From NCBI GenBank assembly GCA_031459625.1, contig JAVKIH010000002.1, forward strand, positions 188,051-252,050: 64,000 nt of DNA. Direction: 5' to 3'. The notes under the pieces are model-generated. The model was given only the letters and a program-made list of their open reading frames with translations, had not been told where the DNA came from and made no database searches. Position numbers and translations under genes: made by a program. The stretch's first letter is position 1. Every line of letters starts with the position of its first letter. Source of the stretch: Candidatus Geohabitans tengchongensis (lineage in GTDB: Bacteria > Sysuimicrobiota > Sysuimicrobiia > Sysuimicrobiales > Humicultoraceae). Of this stretch, positions 1-10,357 are shown in pieces.

Positions 1-2
1 CG

Positions 3-2597
3 GAGCGGCGGGCGCGGGTCGAGCCCGGCGTCGTGCAGGACGTCCTGAACCAAGCCGTGGCCCCCTACGGCCTGCGCCTGGGCCCCGACACGGCCACGAG
101 CAACCGGGCCACGCTCGGCGGGATGATCGGCAACAACTCCGCGGGCGCCCGCTCCATCGTCTACGGGAAGATGGTCGACCACGTCGAGCGCCTGCGCGTG
201 CTGCTGGCCGACGGCACCGAACTCCACCTGGGGCCGCTGGACGACGCGGCGCTGGCGGCCGTCCGCGCCCGCCCGTCCCGCGAGGGGCGGCTGGTGGACA
301 CCGTCCTGCGCCTGGTCGAGGCCCACCGCGACGAGATCGACCGCCGCTACCCCAGGCTCCTGCGGCGCGTCGCCGGCTACAACCTGCCCGAGCTGCTCCT
401 GCGGCCCTTCAACCTGGCCCGCCTGATCGTCGGCTCCGAAGGGACACTGGGCGTCGTCACCGAGGCCACGGTGCGCCTCGTCCCCCGCCCGCGCCACACC
501 GCCCTGGCCGTGGTCCACTTCGCCGACCTGCTGGAGGCGCTGGAGGCCACGCAGGTCATCCTGCCCCACGGCCCCTCGGCGGTGGAGCTGCTCGACCGCA
601 TGATCCTGGAGATGACCCGCGCCCAGCTGGAGTACGCCCGCCGCCTCACCTTCGTGCAGGGGGAGCCGGAGGCGCTGCTCATCGTGGAGTTCAGCGGGGA
701 GCGCCGGGAGGAGGCGCTGGAGCGCCTCGACGCCATGACGCGCGCGCTGGCGGCGGCCCGGATGGGGTACGCGGTCGTGCCCGCCGTGGAGGCGGCCGAG
801 CAGGACAACATCTGGCGCGTGCGCAAGGCCGGCCAGGGGCTGCTGCAGGGGGTGAAGGGCGACACCAAGCCCATCACCTTCGTCGAGGACACGGCGGTCC
901 CGCCGGCGGTCCTGGCCCCCTACATCCGGCGCCTGCGGGCGATCCTGGAGGCGCACGGCCTGCGCGCGGCCGTCTACGCCCACGCCAGCGTCGGCTGCCT
1001 GCACGTCCGCCCCCTCATCAACTTGAAGGACGCGCAGCAGGTGGCCACGATGCGCGCTGTCGCCGAGGCGGTGGGGGAGCTGGTCCTGGAGTTCGGCGGG
1101 GCGATGAGCGGCGAGCACGGGGACGGGTTGGTGCGCGGCTGGTTCCTGGAGCGCTACTTCGGGCCGGTGGTCTACGACCTCTTCCGCCACATCAAGCGCG
1201 CCTTCGACCCGCAGGGGCTGATGAACCCCGGGAAGATCGTGGACGCCCCACCCATGACCGAGGACCTGCGCTACGGCCCCGGCTACCGCACGATCGCCGT
1301 CCCCACCGTCTTCGACTGGAGCCGCGACGGGGGGTTCGCCGCCGCGGTGGAGCTGTGCAGCGGCGTGGGCGCCTGCCGCAAGACCACCGACGGCGTCATG
1401 TGCCCCTCCTACATGGCGACGCGCGAGGAGGAGCACAGCACGCGCGGGCGCGCCAACCTGCTGCGGGCGGTCCTCTCCGGGGTGCTGCCGCCCGAGGAAC
1501 TCACCGGGCGCCGCCTGTACGAGGCCCTCGACCTCTGCCTGGAGTGCAAGGGGTGCAAGGCGGAGTGCCCGGCCAACGTGGACATGGCCAAGATGAAGTA
1601 CGAGTTCCTGGCCCGCTACCACGAGGCGCACGGCACGCCCCTGCGCGCCCGCCTCTTCGCCCACGTCCACACCCTGAGCCGCTGGGGCGCCGCGGCGGCC
1701 CCCCTCGCCGGGGCGCTGGCCCGCTCCACCCCGGTGCGCTGGGCGCTGGACCGGTTCCTGGGGATCGACCGGCGGCGGCCGCTGCCGCCGCTGGCCCGCC
1801 CCACCTTCGACCGCTGGTGGCACCGGCGCAACGGGACCGCTCCGGCGCCGGACGCGCCGCGCGTGGCGCTCTTTGCCGACACCTTCACGCGCTTCACCGT
1901 GCCCGAAGTGGGGCGGGCGGCGGTGCAGGTGCTGGAGGCCCTGGGCTACCGGGTGGAGGTGCCGGCGGTGGGGTGCTGCGGGCGGCCGATGATCAGCAAG
2001 GGCCTCCTGCGGGAGGCGCGCCGCGCCGCCGAAGCCAACGTCCGCCGCCTCCTCCCCTACGCGGCCGCGGGAATCCCCATCGTCGGGCTGGAGCCCTCCT
2101 GCCTGCTCACCTTCCGCGACGAGGTGCCGGACCTGCTGCCGGGCGAGGACACGCGCACCCTGGCCGCGCACGCCGTCCTCATCGACGAGTTCTTGGCCCG
2201 CCACCTCGAGGCGTCGCCCGCGGGGCTGGGCGCGGTGGGGGACGGGCGCCGGGTACTGCTGCACCCGCACTGCCACCAGCGGGCGGCGGTGGGGACCGGG
2301 CCTGCTACGGCAGTGCTGCGGGCGGCGGGGTTCGCGGTGGACGTGGTGGACTCGGGGTGCTGCGGGATGGCCGGCGCCTTCGGGTACGAACGGGAGCACT
2401 ACGCGCTCTCCATGGCCATCGCCGAACGCCGCCTGCTCCCGGCGGTGCGCGCGCTCCCCCCCGAGGTGGAGGTGGTGGCGATGGGCATCTCCTGCCGCCA
2501 GCAGATCGCCCACGGGACGGGTCGGCGGGCGAAGCACCTGGTGGAGGTGCTCGCCGGCGACGCGGGCCGCAGCGCCGTCCGGGCGGCGAGAGCCTAA
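3..2597 (+). CDS. FAD-binding and (Fe-S)-binding oxidoreductase (GlcD-GlcF fusion, YdiJ-like); 5' end lies outside the window
   Basis: Frame open from position 3 (RARVEPGV); ATLGGMIGNNSAGARS, GSEGTLG, SGEHGDG; 4Fe-4S motifs CSGVGAC and CLECKGCKAECP; CCG domains. Confidence 0.9.
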   Translation, partial: ERRARVEPGVVQDVLNQAVAPYGLRLGPDTATSNRATLGGMIGNNSAGARSIVYGKMVDHVERLRVLLADGTELHLGPLDDAALAAVRARPSREGRLVDTVLRLVEAHRDEIDRRYPRLLRRVAGYNLPELLLRPFNLARLIVGSEGTLGVVTEATVRLVPRPRHTALAVVHFADLLEALEATQVILPHGPSAVELLDRMILEMTRAQLEYARRLTFVQGEPEALLIVEFSGERREEALERLDAMTRALAAARMGYAVVPAVEAAEQDNIWRVRKAGQGLLQGVKGDTKPITFVEDTAVPPAVLAPYIRRLRAILEAHGLRAAVYAHASVGCLHVRPLINLKDAQQVATMRAVAEAVGELVLEFGGAMSGEHGDGLVRGWFLERYFGPVVYDLFRHIKRAFDPQGLMNPGKIVDAPPMTEDLRYGPGYRTIAVPTVFDWSRDGGFAAAVELCSGVGACRKTTDGVMCPSYMATREEEHSTRGRANLLRAVLSGVLPPEELTGRRLYEALDLCLECKGCKAECPANVDMAKMKYEFLARYHEAHGTPLRARLFAHVHTLSRWGAAAAPLAGALARSTPVRWALDRFLGIDRRRPLPPLARPTFDRWWHRRNGTAPAPDAPRVALFADTFTRFTVPEVGRAAVQVLEALGYRVEVPAVGCCGRPMISKGLLREARRAAEANVRRLLPYAAAGIPIVGLEPSCLLTFRDEVPDLLPGEDTRTLAAHAVLIDEFLARHLEASPAGLGAVGDGRRVLLHPHCHQRAAVGTGPATAVLRAAGFAVDVVDSGCCGMAGAFGYEREHYALSMAIAERRLLPAVRALPPEVEVVAMGISCRQQIAHGTGRRAKHLVEVLAGDAGRSAVRAARA

Positions 2598-2738
2598 GGG
2601 TCCGGAGCGGTCCCCGCTCGATCTCCAACCCGCAACGCGTGTAGCGCGGACGACACCGCGGAGTCGGCCAACCCGCCGCGCGGCGCCTCTTGCGCGCGGC
2701 GGGGGTCGAGGCCGGCGGCCTCGGCCGGCACGAGCGCC

Positions 2739-3512
2739 TCAGCCAACGCGCCGCGCTCCCCGGCCCGCGCGGGCGCCCGCCGGCTCGCCCGCGCGCACCA
2801 GCGCGGCGAAGCGGCGGGCGTCCTCCCACATGGCCACGTTGTTGAAGAGGACGTACGTCTCGCCGCGGCAGCGGGCGCGCAGGAGGGCCAGGTCGTCGTC
2901 GGTGTAGCGGTAGCGGTACCCGCCGCGCCCGTGCAACCGGTAGTAGCGCGGCCGACCGGCGACCGGCGACGCGACGAACGGGTCCACGGCGTGGATCAGG
3001 TCCAGCTCGCGGCACAGCGCGCGCACGAGGGTAGCCGGCCACGCACCGCGGGGCTCCCAGGCGAAGCGCAGGCCGTCCCGGTCGACCCGCGCGAAGAAGC
3101 GGCGCAGCCGCTCGACGTTGCCGTCGGAGGGGAGGAAGCTGGCCGGGCACTGGAAGAGGACCAGGCGGGCGCGCAGTACCCGGGCGATCTCCCGCGTCGC
3201 CTCCCAGGCCTGGGCCACCTCCTCGGTGGGGGCGAAGCTGCCGTAGCGGTCGTGGTGCGCCTCGGGGATGGCGCGGCCGAGGCGACGGTAGGTCGGGCTG
3301 GTGGGCGGGTGGGTGATGAGCTGCCAGGCCTTCAGGGTGAACTCGAAGGACTCCGGGACGCGCGCGCGCCACCGCGCCGCCGTGGCCGGGCGCGGCGGGC
3401 GGTAGAAGGTCTGCTGCACTTCCACCACCGGCATCTCACGGGCATAGAGGTCGAGCCGGCGGGGGAACCCGCAGCAGCCGACGCGGATGGCCTCGGGGCG
3501 TTGCACGGGCAT
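2739..3512 (-). CDS. DUF72 family protein
   Basis: IRVGCCGF, VEVQQTFY, FTLKAWQLITH, LFQCPASF, WEPRG, YYRLHG, YVLFNN. Confidence 0.88.
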   Translation of the reverse strand: MPVQRPEAIRVGCCGFPRRLDLYAREMPVVEVQQTFYRPPRPATAARWRARVPESFEFTLKAWQLITHPPTSPTYRRLGRAIPEAHHDRYGSFAPTEEVAQAWEATREIARVLRARLVLFQCPASFLPSDGNVERLRRFFARVDRDGLRFAWEPRGAWPATLVRALCRELDLIHAVDPFVASPVAGRPRYYRLHGRGGYRYRYTDDDLALLRARCRGETYVLFNNVAMWEDARRFAALVRAGEPAGARAGRGARRVG

Positions 3513-3551
3513 GCGCTCGCGGCCCCCCTTCGCCGCGAGGGCGCAGGGCTC

Positions 3552-4304
3552 CTACGGACCGCCCCTCCCGGCGCGGCGGCGCCGCAGCACGCCGCGCACC
3601 GCCTCCAGGCTCACGCCGCGCTCGACCAGCAGCACCAGGGTGTGGTAGAGGAGGTCGGCCGCCTCCTCGGCCACCCGCTCATCGCGCTCGGCGACGGCCG
3701 CGCGCACGAGTTCTCCGGCCTCCTCACGGACCTTCGCCCCGATGCGCGCGCGCCCGGCTCGCAGGAGGGCGGTGGTGTAGGACCCTGCGGGCAGCTCGGC
3801 ACGGCGGCGGACGAGCAGCGCAAAGAGCTCGTCCAGGATGTCGGGCGCCGCTCCCCCGGGTGTCGCCGGCGGGAGGAGGGTCGAACCATCGGGAGCGCGG
3901 AAGAAGCAGGAAGGCTCGCCGGTGTGGCAGGCGGGGCCGGTCTGGTCCACCAGCAGCAGCAGAGCGTCGCCGTCGCAGTCCACCCGCACCTCGCGCACCG
4001 TCTGGGTGTGGCCGGAGGTCTCGCCCTTGCGCCACAGCGCCGCTCGGCGGCGGCTCCAGTACCAGGCCTGCCCGGTGGCCAGCGTGCGCGCCAGCGCCTC
4101 GGCGTTCATCCACGCCACCATGAGGATCCGACCGGTGCGCGCCTCCTGCGCGACGACCGGCAGAAGACCGTCCGGGCCGAACTGCACGGCGCGCGTCCGC
4201 GCGTCCTCCGCAGCCCGCGCGTCCTCGGCAGGCCGCCCATCCTCGACCGACCGCACCGGCATGGGGTCGGGCTGCGGCCTGCCGGCGGCGTCCGTCCCGC
4301 TCAT
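3552..4304 (-). CDS. hisIE: bifunctional phosphoribosyl-AMP cyclohydrolase / phosphoribosyl-ATP pyrophosphatase
   Basis: [49 protein letters not shown] at 4304 overlaps hisF stop (ATGA). Confidence 0.95.
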   Translation of the reverse strand: MSGTDAAGRPQPDPMPVRSVEDGRPAEDARAAEDARTRAVQFGPDGLLPVVAQEARTGRILMVAWMNAEALARTLATGQAWYWSRRRAALWRKGETSGHTQTVREVRVDCDGDALLLLVDQTGPACHTGEPSCFFRAPDGSTLLPPATPGGAAPDILDELFALLVRRRAELPAGSYTTALLRAGRARIGAKVREEAGELVRAAVAERDERVAEEAADLLYHTLVLLVERGVSLEAVRGVLRRRRAGRGGP

Positions 4305-5089
4305 GGGATCGGTCCTCCCACCGGCGTCTCCCGGCGCACCGCCACGCCCCGCGCCTCCAGGTAGCGCTTCACCTCGTCGATGCGCACCGCCCCCGTGTGG
4401 AAGATGGACGCGGCCAGGGCGGCATCGGCCTTGCCCGCGGTGAGGACGGCGTGGACGTGCTCCGGGGTCCCCGCCCCGCCCGAGGCGATGACCGGGATCG
4501 CCACGGCCTCGGCGACGGCGCGCGTGAGCGCCAGGTCGTAGCCCTCCTGGGTGCCGTCGCGGTCGATGCTCGTCAGCAGGATCTCCCCGGCGCCCCGCGC
4601 GGCCACCTCCTGCGCCCACGCCACCGCGTCCCGCCCGGTGGGGCGGCGGCCGCCGTGGGTGTAGACCTCCCACCCGTCGCCGGCGGCGCGCCGCTTCGCG
4701 TCGATGGCCACGACCACGCACTGGCTGCCGAAGCGGTCGGCCGCCTCCTCGACCAGCGCCGGGTCGGCCACCGCCGCCGTGTTGACCGCCACCTTGTCCG
4801 CGCCCGCCCGCAGGAGCCGCCGCACGTCCTCCACCGAGCGCACCCCGCCGCCGACGGTCAGCGGGATGGTGAGACGGGCCGCGGCCGCCCGCACCGCCGC
4901 CTCGAGCGTCTCCCGGCCCTCCACGGAGGCCGTGATGTCGAGGAAGACCACCTCGTCCGCGCCCTCCCGGTCGTAGAGCGCGGCCAGCTCGGCGGGGTCG
5001 CCGGCGTCACGCAGGTTCACGAAGCGGACACCCTTCACCACCCGGCCGGCATCCACGTCCAGGCAGGGGATGATGCGCGCGGCTACCAT
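4301..5089 (-). CDS. hisF: imidazole glycerol phosphate synthase cyclase subunit
   Basis: [33 protein letters not shown]. Confidence 0.97.
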   Translation of the reverse strand: MVAARIIPCLDVDAGRVVKGVRFVNLRDAGDPAELAALYDREGADEVVFLDITASVEGRETLEAAVRAAAARLTIPLTVGGGVRSVEDVRRLLRAGADKVAVNTAAVADPALVEEAADRFGSQCVVVAIDAKRRAAGDGWEVYTHGGRRPTGRDAVAWAQEVAARGAGEILLTSIDRDGTQEGYDLALTRAVAEAVAIPVIASGGAGTPEHVHAVLTAGKADAALAASIFHTGAVRIDEVKRYLEARGVAVRRETPVGGPIP

Positions 5090-5829
5090 GCGCCTCCTCC
5101 CGTGGCCGTTCCCGTTCCGACAGCCATCAGGTCAACCCGTCCCTCGTACAGCGCCCGGCCCACGATGGCCCCGGCCGCGCCCGCCTCCGCCAGCGCCGCC
5201 AGGTCCTCGGGGCGGCCCACGCCCCCGGCCGCCAGGACGGGGACCTGCACAGCCCGGCAGAAGGCCCGGACCGCCTCCACGTCCGGTCCTGTCAGCGTCC
5301 CGTCCCTGCTCACCGCCGTGTAGATGAAGCGCCGGATCCCCGCGTCGACCAGCCGCCGGGCCAGGTCGAGCGGGGCGTCCCCGGCCGCCCTCCACCCGTC
5401 CACCATCGCCCGCCCGCCCCGCACGTCCAGGGCCGCAGCGACCCGCTCGCCGAACCGCCCCGTCGCCGCAGGGGCCAGGGCCAGGGCGGCGGTGCCGAGC
5501 ACCACGCGGGCCACGCCGGCAGCGAGCAGCCGCTCGACGTCCTCGAGCGTGCGCACGCCGCCGCCGGCCTGCACCGGCACGGGGACCGCCCGGGCGATCG
5601 CCTCGATGAGGTCGCGGTGCACGGGACGGCCGGCGAAGGCGCCATCGAGGTCCACCACGTGCAGCCAGGGAGCGCCCCGCTGTGCCCAGGTCCGCGCCAC
5701 CGCCACCGGGTCGCCACTGTAGACGCGCTCGCGGGCGGGATCCCCCTGGACGAGGCGGACGCAGCGGCCGGCGCGCAGGTCCACCGCCGGGATCACCGCG
5801 AACGTGCGGAGCGGCGCGGGGAGCGTCAT
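5083..5829 (-). CDS. hisA: ProFAR isomerase
   Basis: [54 protein letters not shown] at 5829 overlaps hisH stop. Confidence 0.95.
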   Translation of the reverse strand: MTLPAPLRTFAVIPAVDLRAGRCVRLVQGDPARERVYSGDPVAVARTWAQRGAPWLHVVDLDGAFAGRPVHRDLIEAIARAVPVPVQAGGGVRTLEDVERLLAAGVARVVLGTAALALAPAATGRFGERVAAALDVRGGRAMVDGWRAAGDAPLDLARRLVDAGIRRFIYTAVSRDGTLTGPDVEAVRAFCRAVQVPVLAAGGVGRPEDLAALAEAGAAGAIVGRALYEGRVDLMAVGTGTATGGGAW

Positions 5830-6515
5830 GGCACGGGCGCCGGATGGCGGGGCTCGCCGCCCAGCCGGCCCGCAGCGGCCAGGCGGACGATCCCTTCCAG
5901 CAGGCGGCGGCCGGTCGCCCCGCTCTTCTCCGGGTGGAACTGCACCCCGAGGAGCGCTCCACGGCCCACCACTGCCGCCACGGGGCCGCCGTAGTCGGTG
6001 ACGGCCAGGACATCCTCCGTGCGGCCCGGGCGCACGACGTAGCTGTGGACGAAGTAGGCCCACGCGCCCTCGAGGCCGTCCAGCACCGGGTGCGCGGCCG
6101 TGCAGCGCAGGCGGTTCCAGCCCATGTGCGGGACCTTCAGCTCCGCCGGCAGCCGGACCACCTCGCCGGGGAGCAGCCCCAGCCCCTCCGCCCCGCCGCC
6201 TTCGCCGCTGCGCTCGAAGAGCAGCTGCATCCCCAGGCAGACGCCCAGCAGCGGGGTGCCCCGTCGCACCTCCTCCACCAGCCAGGCCGGAAACCCGGCG
6301 GCGGCCAGACGGGCCATGGCCGGCGGGAAGGCGCCCACACCGGGCAGCACCAGCAACGCCCACGGACCGGCTTCCGGCGCGGGCGCGGGCAACACCGTCA
6401 CCGCCGCACCCGCGCGGGTGAGCGCGCCCACCAGGCTGAAGAGGTTGCCGGCCCCGTAGTCGATCACGCCGACGCGCGGGGCCTGCGGCACGGACGGGGC
6501 GCCCGGAGCGCTCAC
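5826..6515 (-). CDS. hisH: imidazole glycerol phosphate synthase glutaminase subunit
   Basis: IDYGAGN, LPGVGAF, GVCLGMQ, VPHMGWN, YFVHSY, QFHPEKS; GTG at 6515 overlaps hisB stop. Confidence 0.95.
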   Translation of the reverse strand: MSAPGAPSVPQAPRVGVIDYGAGNLFSLVGALTRAGAAVTVLPAPAPEAGPWALLVLPGVGAFPPAMARLAAAGFPAWLVEEVRRGTPLLGVCLGMQLLFERSGEGGGAEGLGLLPGEVVRLPAELKVPHMGWNRLRCTAAHPVLDGLEGAWAYFVHSYVVRPGRTEDVLAVTDYGGPVAAVVGRGALLGVQFHPEKSGATGRRLLEGIVRLAAAGRLGGEPRHPAPVP

Positions 6516-7138
6516 AGCACGCCCTTCGTCGAGGGGATGGCCTCGCCGCGCACCCGGGTAGCCCGTCCCAGGACGATCCCCGTCCCCTTGAAGGCCGCCT
6601 CCAGCACGTGGTGCGCGTTCTCGCCGTGCCACTGCACCAGGTGGAGCGTGACCGCGGCGTGCGTGGTGAAGGCACGGAAGAACTCCCGCGCGAGGTCGGT
6701 GGGGAACGTGCCGAGGAGCTGCGGCGGCACGGTCAGCCCGTAGTGCAGGTAGGGGCGGCCGCCCACGTCGACGGCGGCCAGCACGAGCGCGTCGTCCATG
6801 GGCACGTGCTGCGAGGCGAAGCGCACGATCCCCTGCCCGCTGCCGACGGCCTCGCGCAGGGCCTGGCCCAGCACGATCCCCGTGTCCTCGACGGTGTGGT
6901 GGGGGTCGACCGCCAGGTCGCCCCGCGCGTGGACCTCCAGGTCGAAGCCGCTGTGCCGGGCCAGGGCGGTGAGCATGTGGTCGAGGAAGGGCACCCCGGT
7001 CGCCACCACGCTCTCGCCGGCACCGTCCAGGGTGAGCGCCACGGTCACCGCCGTCTCGGCGGTGCGGCGCTCCACGCGCGCCAACCGCAGGGCGCGCTCC
7101 CCGCCGCCCGCTGCCGACGCGCGCGCCCCCGGCGGCAT
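6512..7138 (-). CDS. hisB: imidazoleglycerol-phosphate dehydratase (monofunctional)
   Basis: RRTAET, FLDHML, DPHHTVED, PMDD, NAHHVLEAAFK, IPSTKG. Confidence 0.96.
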   Translation of the reverse strand: MPPGARASAAGGGERALRLARVERRTAETAVTVALTLDGAGESVVATGVPFLDHMLTALARHSGFDLEVHARGDLAVDPHHTVEDTGIVLGQALREAVGSGQGIVRFASQHVPMDDALVLAAVDVGGRPYLHYGLTVPPQLLGTFPTDLAREFFRAFTTHAAVTLHLVQWHGENAHHVLEAAFKGTGIVLGRATRVRGEAIPSTKGVL

Positions 7139-8289
7139 CAGGCGCCCTCCCCCAGCACGCGCCGCAGGGCGGCGACGAACCGGTCGTCCTCCCCCGGCTG
7201 CCCCACGCTCACCCGCAGGCAGCCGGCCAGCGCCGGCCAGGCGGAGACGTCGCGCACCAGCACCCCGTGCGCCAGGAGGCGCGCCGCCACCTCGGGCGCG
7301 GGCAGCGGCGTGCGAAAGAGGAGGAAGTTGGCGTCGGAGGGGAAGACGGTGACACCCGGCACCTCTCGGAGCGCACCGGCCAGCCGCTCCCGCTCCGCCA
7401 CCACCGTCCGCACCCGCTCGGCCACGAGGTCGGGGCGTTCCGCCGCGGCCCGGGCCGCCTCCAGCGAGAAGACGTTCAGCGTGTAGGGTGGCAACGCCCG
7501 GCGCACCGCGCCGATGACCTCCGGGTCGGCGACGATCCAGCCGATCCGTGCGCCGGCGAGCGCCAACGCCTTCGACGCGGTACGCAGCAGGGCGACGTGC
7601 GGGTACCGGTCTAGCAGCGGCCGGTGCGTGCGCCCGGCGAAGGCGGCATAAGCCTCGTCGACCACCACGAGCCCGGGGGCGCCGCGCACGACCGCCTCCA
7701 CGGCCTCGGGGGAGAAGGCGTTCCCGGTAGGGTTGTTGGGCGAGGTGAGGAAGACCACGGGCGCGGTCTCGCCCGAACCCGCCCCATCCGCTGCCGGTTC
7801 GCCCGCTGCCGTCTGGCGCGCGGTTGCGTGGCGCGCGGCCGCCAGCACCGCCCCGGGGTCGAGCGCGAAGTTAGGGCGCAGCGGCACCTCGACCAGACGC
7901 GCGCCGGCGCTCGCCGCCAGCGCCCGGACCATCGAGTACCCGGGCACCGGGAAGACCACGGCACCGCCGGCGGCGAAGGCCAGCAGCACTCCCAGGATGG
8001 CCTCGTTGGAGCCGTTCGTCGCCAGCATCATCTCCGGGTCGACGCCCTCCAGGCGGGCCAGCGCCGCGCGCACCTCCGCCGCGTCGGCCTCCGGGTAGCG
8101 GTGCCACGCCCGGGCGGCCACGCGCTCCAGGACGACGCGCTTGAGGTCGGCCGGCCAGTCGGCCGGGCTCTCGTTCCGGTTGAGCCGCACCGGCGCGTGC
8201 TGCGCGACCCGGTACAGGGGCAGCGCGGCCACTTCCGGGCGGGGCCGGGCGCGCTGCGGGATCGGGCGGACGCCGGGGCGCGGCATCAC
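7138..8289 (-). CDS. hisC: histidinol-phosphate aminotransferase
   Basis: LNRNES, TNGSNE, SPNNPTG, VDEAY, RTASKALALAGARIG; position in his operon. Confidence 0.92.
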   Translation of the reverse strand: MMPRPGVRPIPQRARPRPEVAALPLYRVAQHAPVRLNRNESPADWPADLKRVVLERVAARAWHRYPEADAAEVRAALARLEGVDPEMMLATNGSNEAILGVLLAFAAGGAVVFPVPGYSMVRALAASAGARLVEVPLRPNFALDPGAVLAAARHATARQTAAGEPAADGAGSGETAPVVFLTSPNNPTGNAFSPEAVEAVVRGAPGLVVVDEAYAAFAGRTHRPLLDRYPHVALLRTASKALALAGARIGWIVADPEVIGAVRRALPPYTLNVFSLEAARAAAERPDLVAERVRTVVAERERLAGALREVPGVTVFPSDANFLLFRTPLPAPEVAARLLAHGVLVRDVSAWPALAGCLRVSVGQPGEDDRFVAALRRVLGEGA

Positions 8290-8311
8290 GCGGGGCTCAC
8301 GAACGGCCGAT

Positions 8312-8941
8312 TCATGTGGCCTGCACCGCAGGCGCCACCGCCTCGAGCAGCGCCCGCACGCCCGGCGCCTTGAGCCGCAGGCTCACCCGGTTTACCACCA
8401 ACCGGGCGGTGGAGCGGAAGACCTCGGCCACCTCGACCAGGCGGTTCGCCCGCAGCGTGCGACCGGTCATCACCAGGTCGACGATGGCGTCCGCCAGGCC
8501 CACCTGCGGGGCCAGCTCCAGCGCCCCGTGCAGGACGATGACCTCCACCGGACGGCGGGCCTGCTCGAAGAACCGCGCCGTCACGCGCGGGTAGCGGGTG
8601 GCCACGCGCAGCGGGGCCGAGCCGGCGAGCAGCGCCTCCCGGCCGGCCGGCACCGCCACCACAGCCCGGCAGGCGCCGAACCCCAGGTCGGCCAGCTCGT
8701 AGACGTCGGCCTCCTGCTCGAGGAGCAGGTCCTGGCCGACGATGCCCGCGTCGGCCGCGCCGTGCTCCACGTACGTGAGGATGTCGAGCGGCTTGGCCAC
8801 GAGGATGCGCCCGCCCTCCGGCCCCGGCAGGACGAGGGCGCGCTCGGGCGGCGGGGCGTCGAGCAGCCGGAGCCGCTGCAGCAGCGCCACGGCCTCGGGG
8901 AAGAGGCGGCCGGTGGGGACGGCCAGCGTCAGTGGCTCCAC
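8312..8941 (-). CDS. hisG: ATP phosphoribosyltransferase, short form
   Basis: LAVPTGRL, DLGFGACR, VATRYP, ELAP, DAIVDLVMTGRTL; no C-terminal regulatory domain; follows hisZ. Confidence 0.93.
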   Translation of the reverse strand: MEPLTLAVPTGRLFPEAVALLQRLRLLDAPPPERALVLPGPEGGRILVAKPLDILTYVEHGAADAGIVGQDLLLEQEADVYELADLGFGACRAVVAVPAGREALLAGSAPLRVATRYPRVTARFFEQARRPVEVIVLHGALELAPQVGLADAIVDLVMTGRTLRANRLVEVAEVFRSTARLVVNRVSLRLKAPGVRALLEAVAPAVQAT

Positions 8942-10236
8942 GCTCCCACCTCCGGACCCCCGGCCACCTGGTGGGCGTCCGCGGCGGCCACCACGTCGGC
9001 GGCCCCTGCCACCGGCACGCGCCGCTCGACGGTGGGACCGTCGCCGCGGAGCCGGCGCACGCGAGCACCGTCGCCGTCCACCCACATCACCCAGCGCGCG
9101 CCTTCGCGCCCGGCCCGGTCCAGGGTCTTCTCCCAGGAGCGGCCCGGCTCGGCGATGACGGCGGCCCCGGCCTCGCGCAGGCCGCGGGCCAGGCGCAACG
9201 CGGAGGCGCGCGCCGTCGGTTCCGCCCAGGCGATGAGGACGTCCAGCTCCTCCTCGCCGTCCGCGACGAGGGCCACCACGCGGTCGACGCCCAGGGCGAA
9301 CCCCGTCGCCGGGGCAGGGGTCCCGAAGGCGGCCAGGAGGCCATCGTACCGCCCGCCGCCGAGCAGCGGGTAGCCCGAGCCGGCCCCGTAGCCCTCGAAG
9401 ACGACGCCGGTGTAGTAGCTGAAGTCCCGGATGATGCTGAGGTCGACCGCCGCCGCCTCGCCCACACCGTGCTCCTCCAGCCGGCCCAGCAGCGCCTCGA
9501 GCCCCGCGAGCGCGGCCTCCCCGCGTTCCGTGCGCACCACCGCCCGCGCCGCCGCCAGGGCGTCACCCCCCTGCAGCAGCGGCAGCTCGCGAAGGAACGC
9601 GCCGAGGTGCCGGTCGGGGACCGTCGTCTCGATGCCGGCGAACTGCTTGCGGTAGAGACGGGCCACGAGCGCGTCCCGCGTCTCCGGGGGCAGCGCGCCC
9701 AGGGCGTCGTCCAGGAAGCCGATGTGGCCCACCGTCACGACCGGCCGGGCGATGCCGGCGCGCCGCAGCGCCTCCACGGCCAGCGCGATCACCTCGGCGT
9801 CCGCGTCTACGCCGTCCTCGCCCAGGCGCTCGACCCCGGCCTGCGTGAACTCCCGCAGCCGCCCCCGCCCCTCCTCCTGCTCCCGGTAGACCGGCGCCAC
9901 GTAGGCCAGGCGCAGCGGCCCGGCGGCATCCGGCAGGAGACGGGTGGCGGCCAGCCGGGCGATGGAGACGGTCAGGTCGGGGCGCAGGGCCAGCAGCTCC
10001 CCCCGCCGGCCGACCACCTTGAAGAGGCGGTCCTGGATCCCGGGCCCGCCGCCGTGGACGAGCGTCTCCAGGTACTCCAGCGCGGGGGTGAGGACCTCGC
10101 GGTAGCCCCAGGCGCGGAAGGTGCCCCGCAGGCGGCCGACCACCCGCAGGTGGCGGGCCGCCTCGGCGGGGGCCAGGTCGCGCAGGCCGCGGGGCAGCGC
10201 GGCCCAGCGCTGGCGGGGGCCGGTGCGCAGGCGCAG
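8929..10236 (-). CDS. hisZ: ATP phosphoribosyltransferase regulatory subunit (probable CTG start at 10236)
   Basis: LPRGLRDL upstream of the track's GTG (10143), GYREVLTP, LRPDLT, REFTQAGVE, YYTGVVF, GGGRYDGL. Confidence 0.92.
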   Translation of the reverse strand: MRLRTGPRQRWAALPRGLRDLAPAEAARHLRVVGRLRGTFRAWGYREVLTPALEYLETLVHGGGPGIQDRLFKVVGRRGELLALRPDLTVSIARLAATRLLPDAAGPLRLAYVAPVYREQEEGRGRLREFTQAGVERLGEDGVDADAEVIALAVEALRRAGIARPVVTVGHIGFLDDALGALPPETRDALVARLYRKQFAGIETTVPDRHLGAFLRELPLLQGGDALAAARAVVRTERGEAALAGLEALLGRLEEHGVGEAAAVDLSIIRDFSYYTGVVFEGYGAGSGYPLLGGGRYDGLLAAFGTPAPATGFALGVDRVVALVADGEEELDVLIAWAEPTARASALRLARGLREAGAAVIAEPGRSWEKTLDRAGREGARWVMWVDGDGARVRRLRGDGPTVERRVPVAGAADVVAAADAHQVAGGPEVGAWSH

Positions 10237-10247
10237 CGAGACTTCAC

Positions 10248-10267
10248 TCCTTTAGCAAGTTAAATTG
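10248..10267. promoter_or_regulatory. candidate HisR (YerC) operator overlapping the hisZ ribosome-binding site
   Basis: AT-rich TCCTTTAGCAAGTTAAATTG with TTTA-N6-TAAA symmetry resembling the Firmicute HisR motif; yerC-family gene 1.2 kb upstream. Confidence 0.6.
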
Positions 10268-10289
10268 CTACCGAAGCAAACTGCCGTTG

Positions 10290-10319
10290 AGGATACCCCG
10301 GCGGTGGCCGGCACGTCAA
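10290..10319 (-). promoter_or_regulatory. sigma70-type promoter of the his operon
   Basis: Minus strand TTGACG-18 nt-TATCCT upstream of hisZ. Confidence 0.7.
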
Positions 10320-10357
10320 CCCGGTGGGGCGGCAGGGCGGCCGCGGCGCGAGGTCGG

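Noticed and set aside
8312..8941. HisG substitutions at usually conserved Lys positions (TGRL, GQD, ATRYP) suggesting inactivation
   Set aside because: These positions vary among active HisG enzymes and the PRPP loop DLVMTGRTL is intact.
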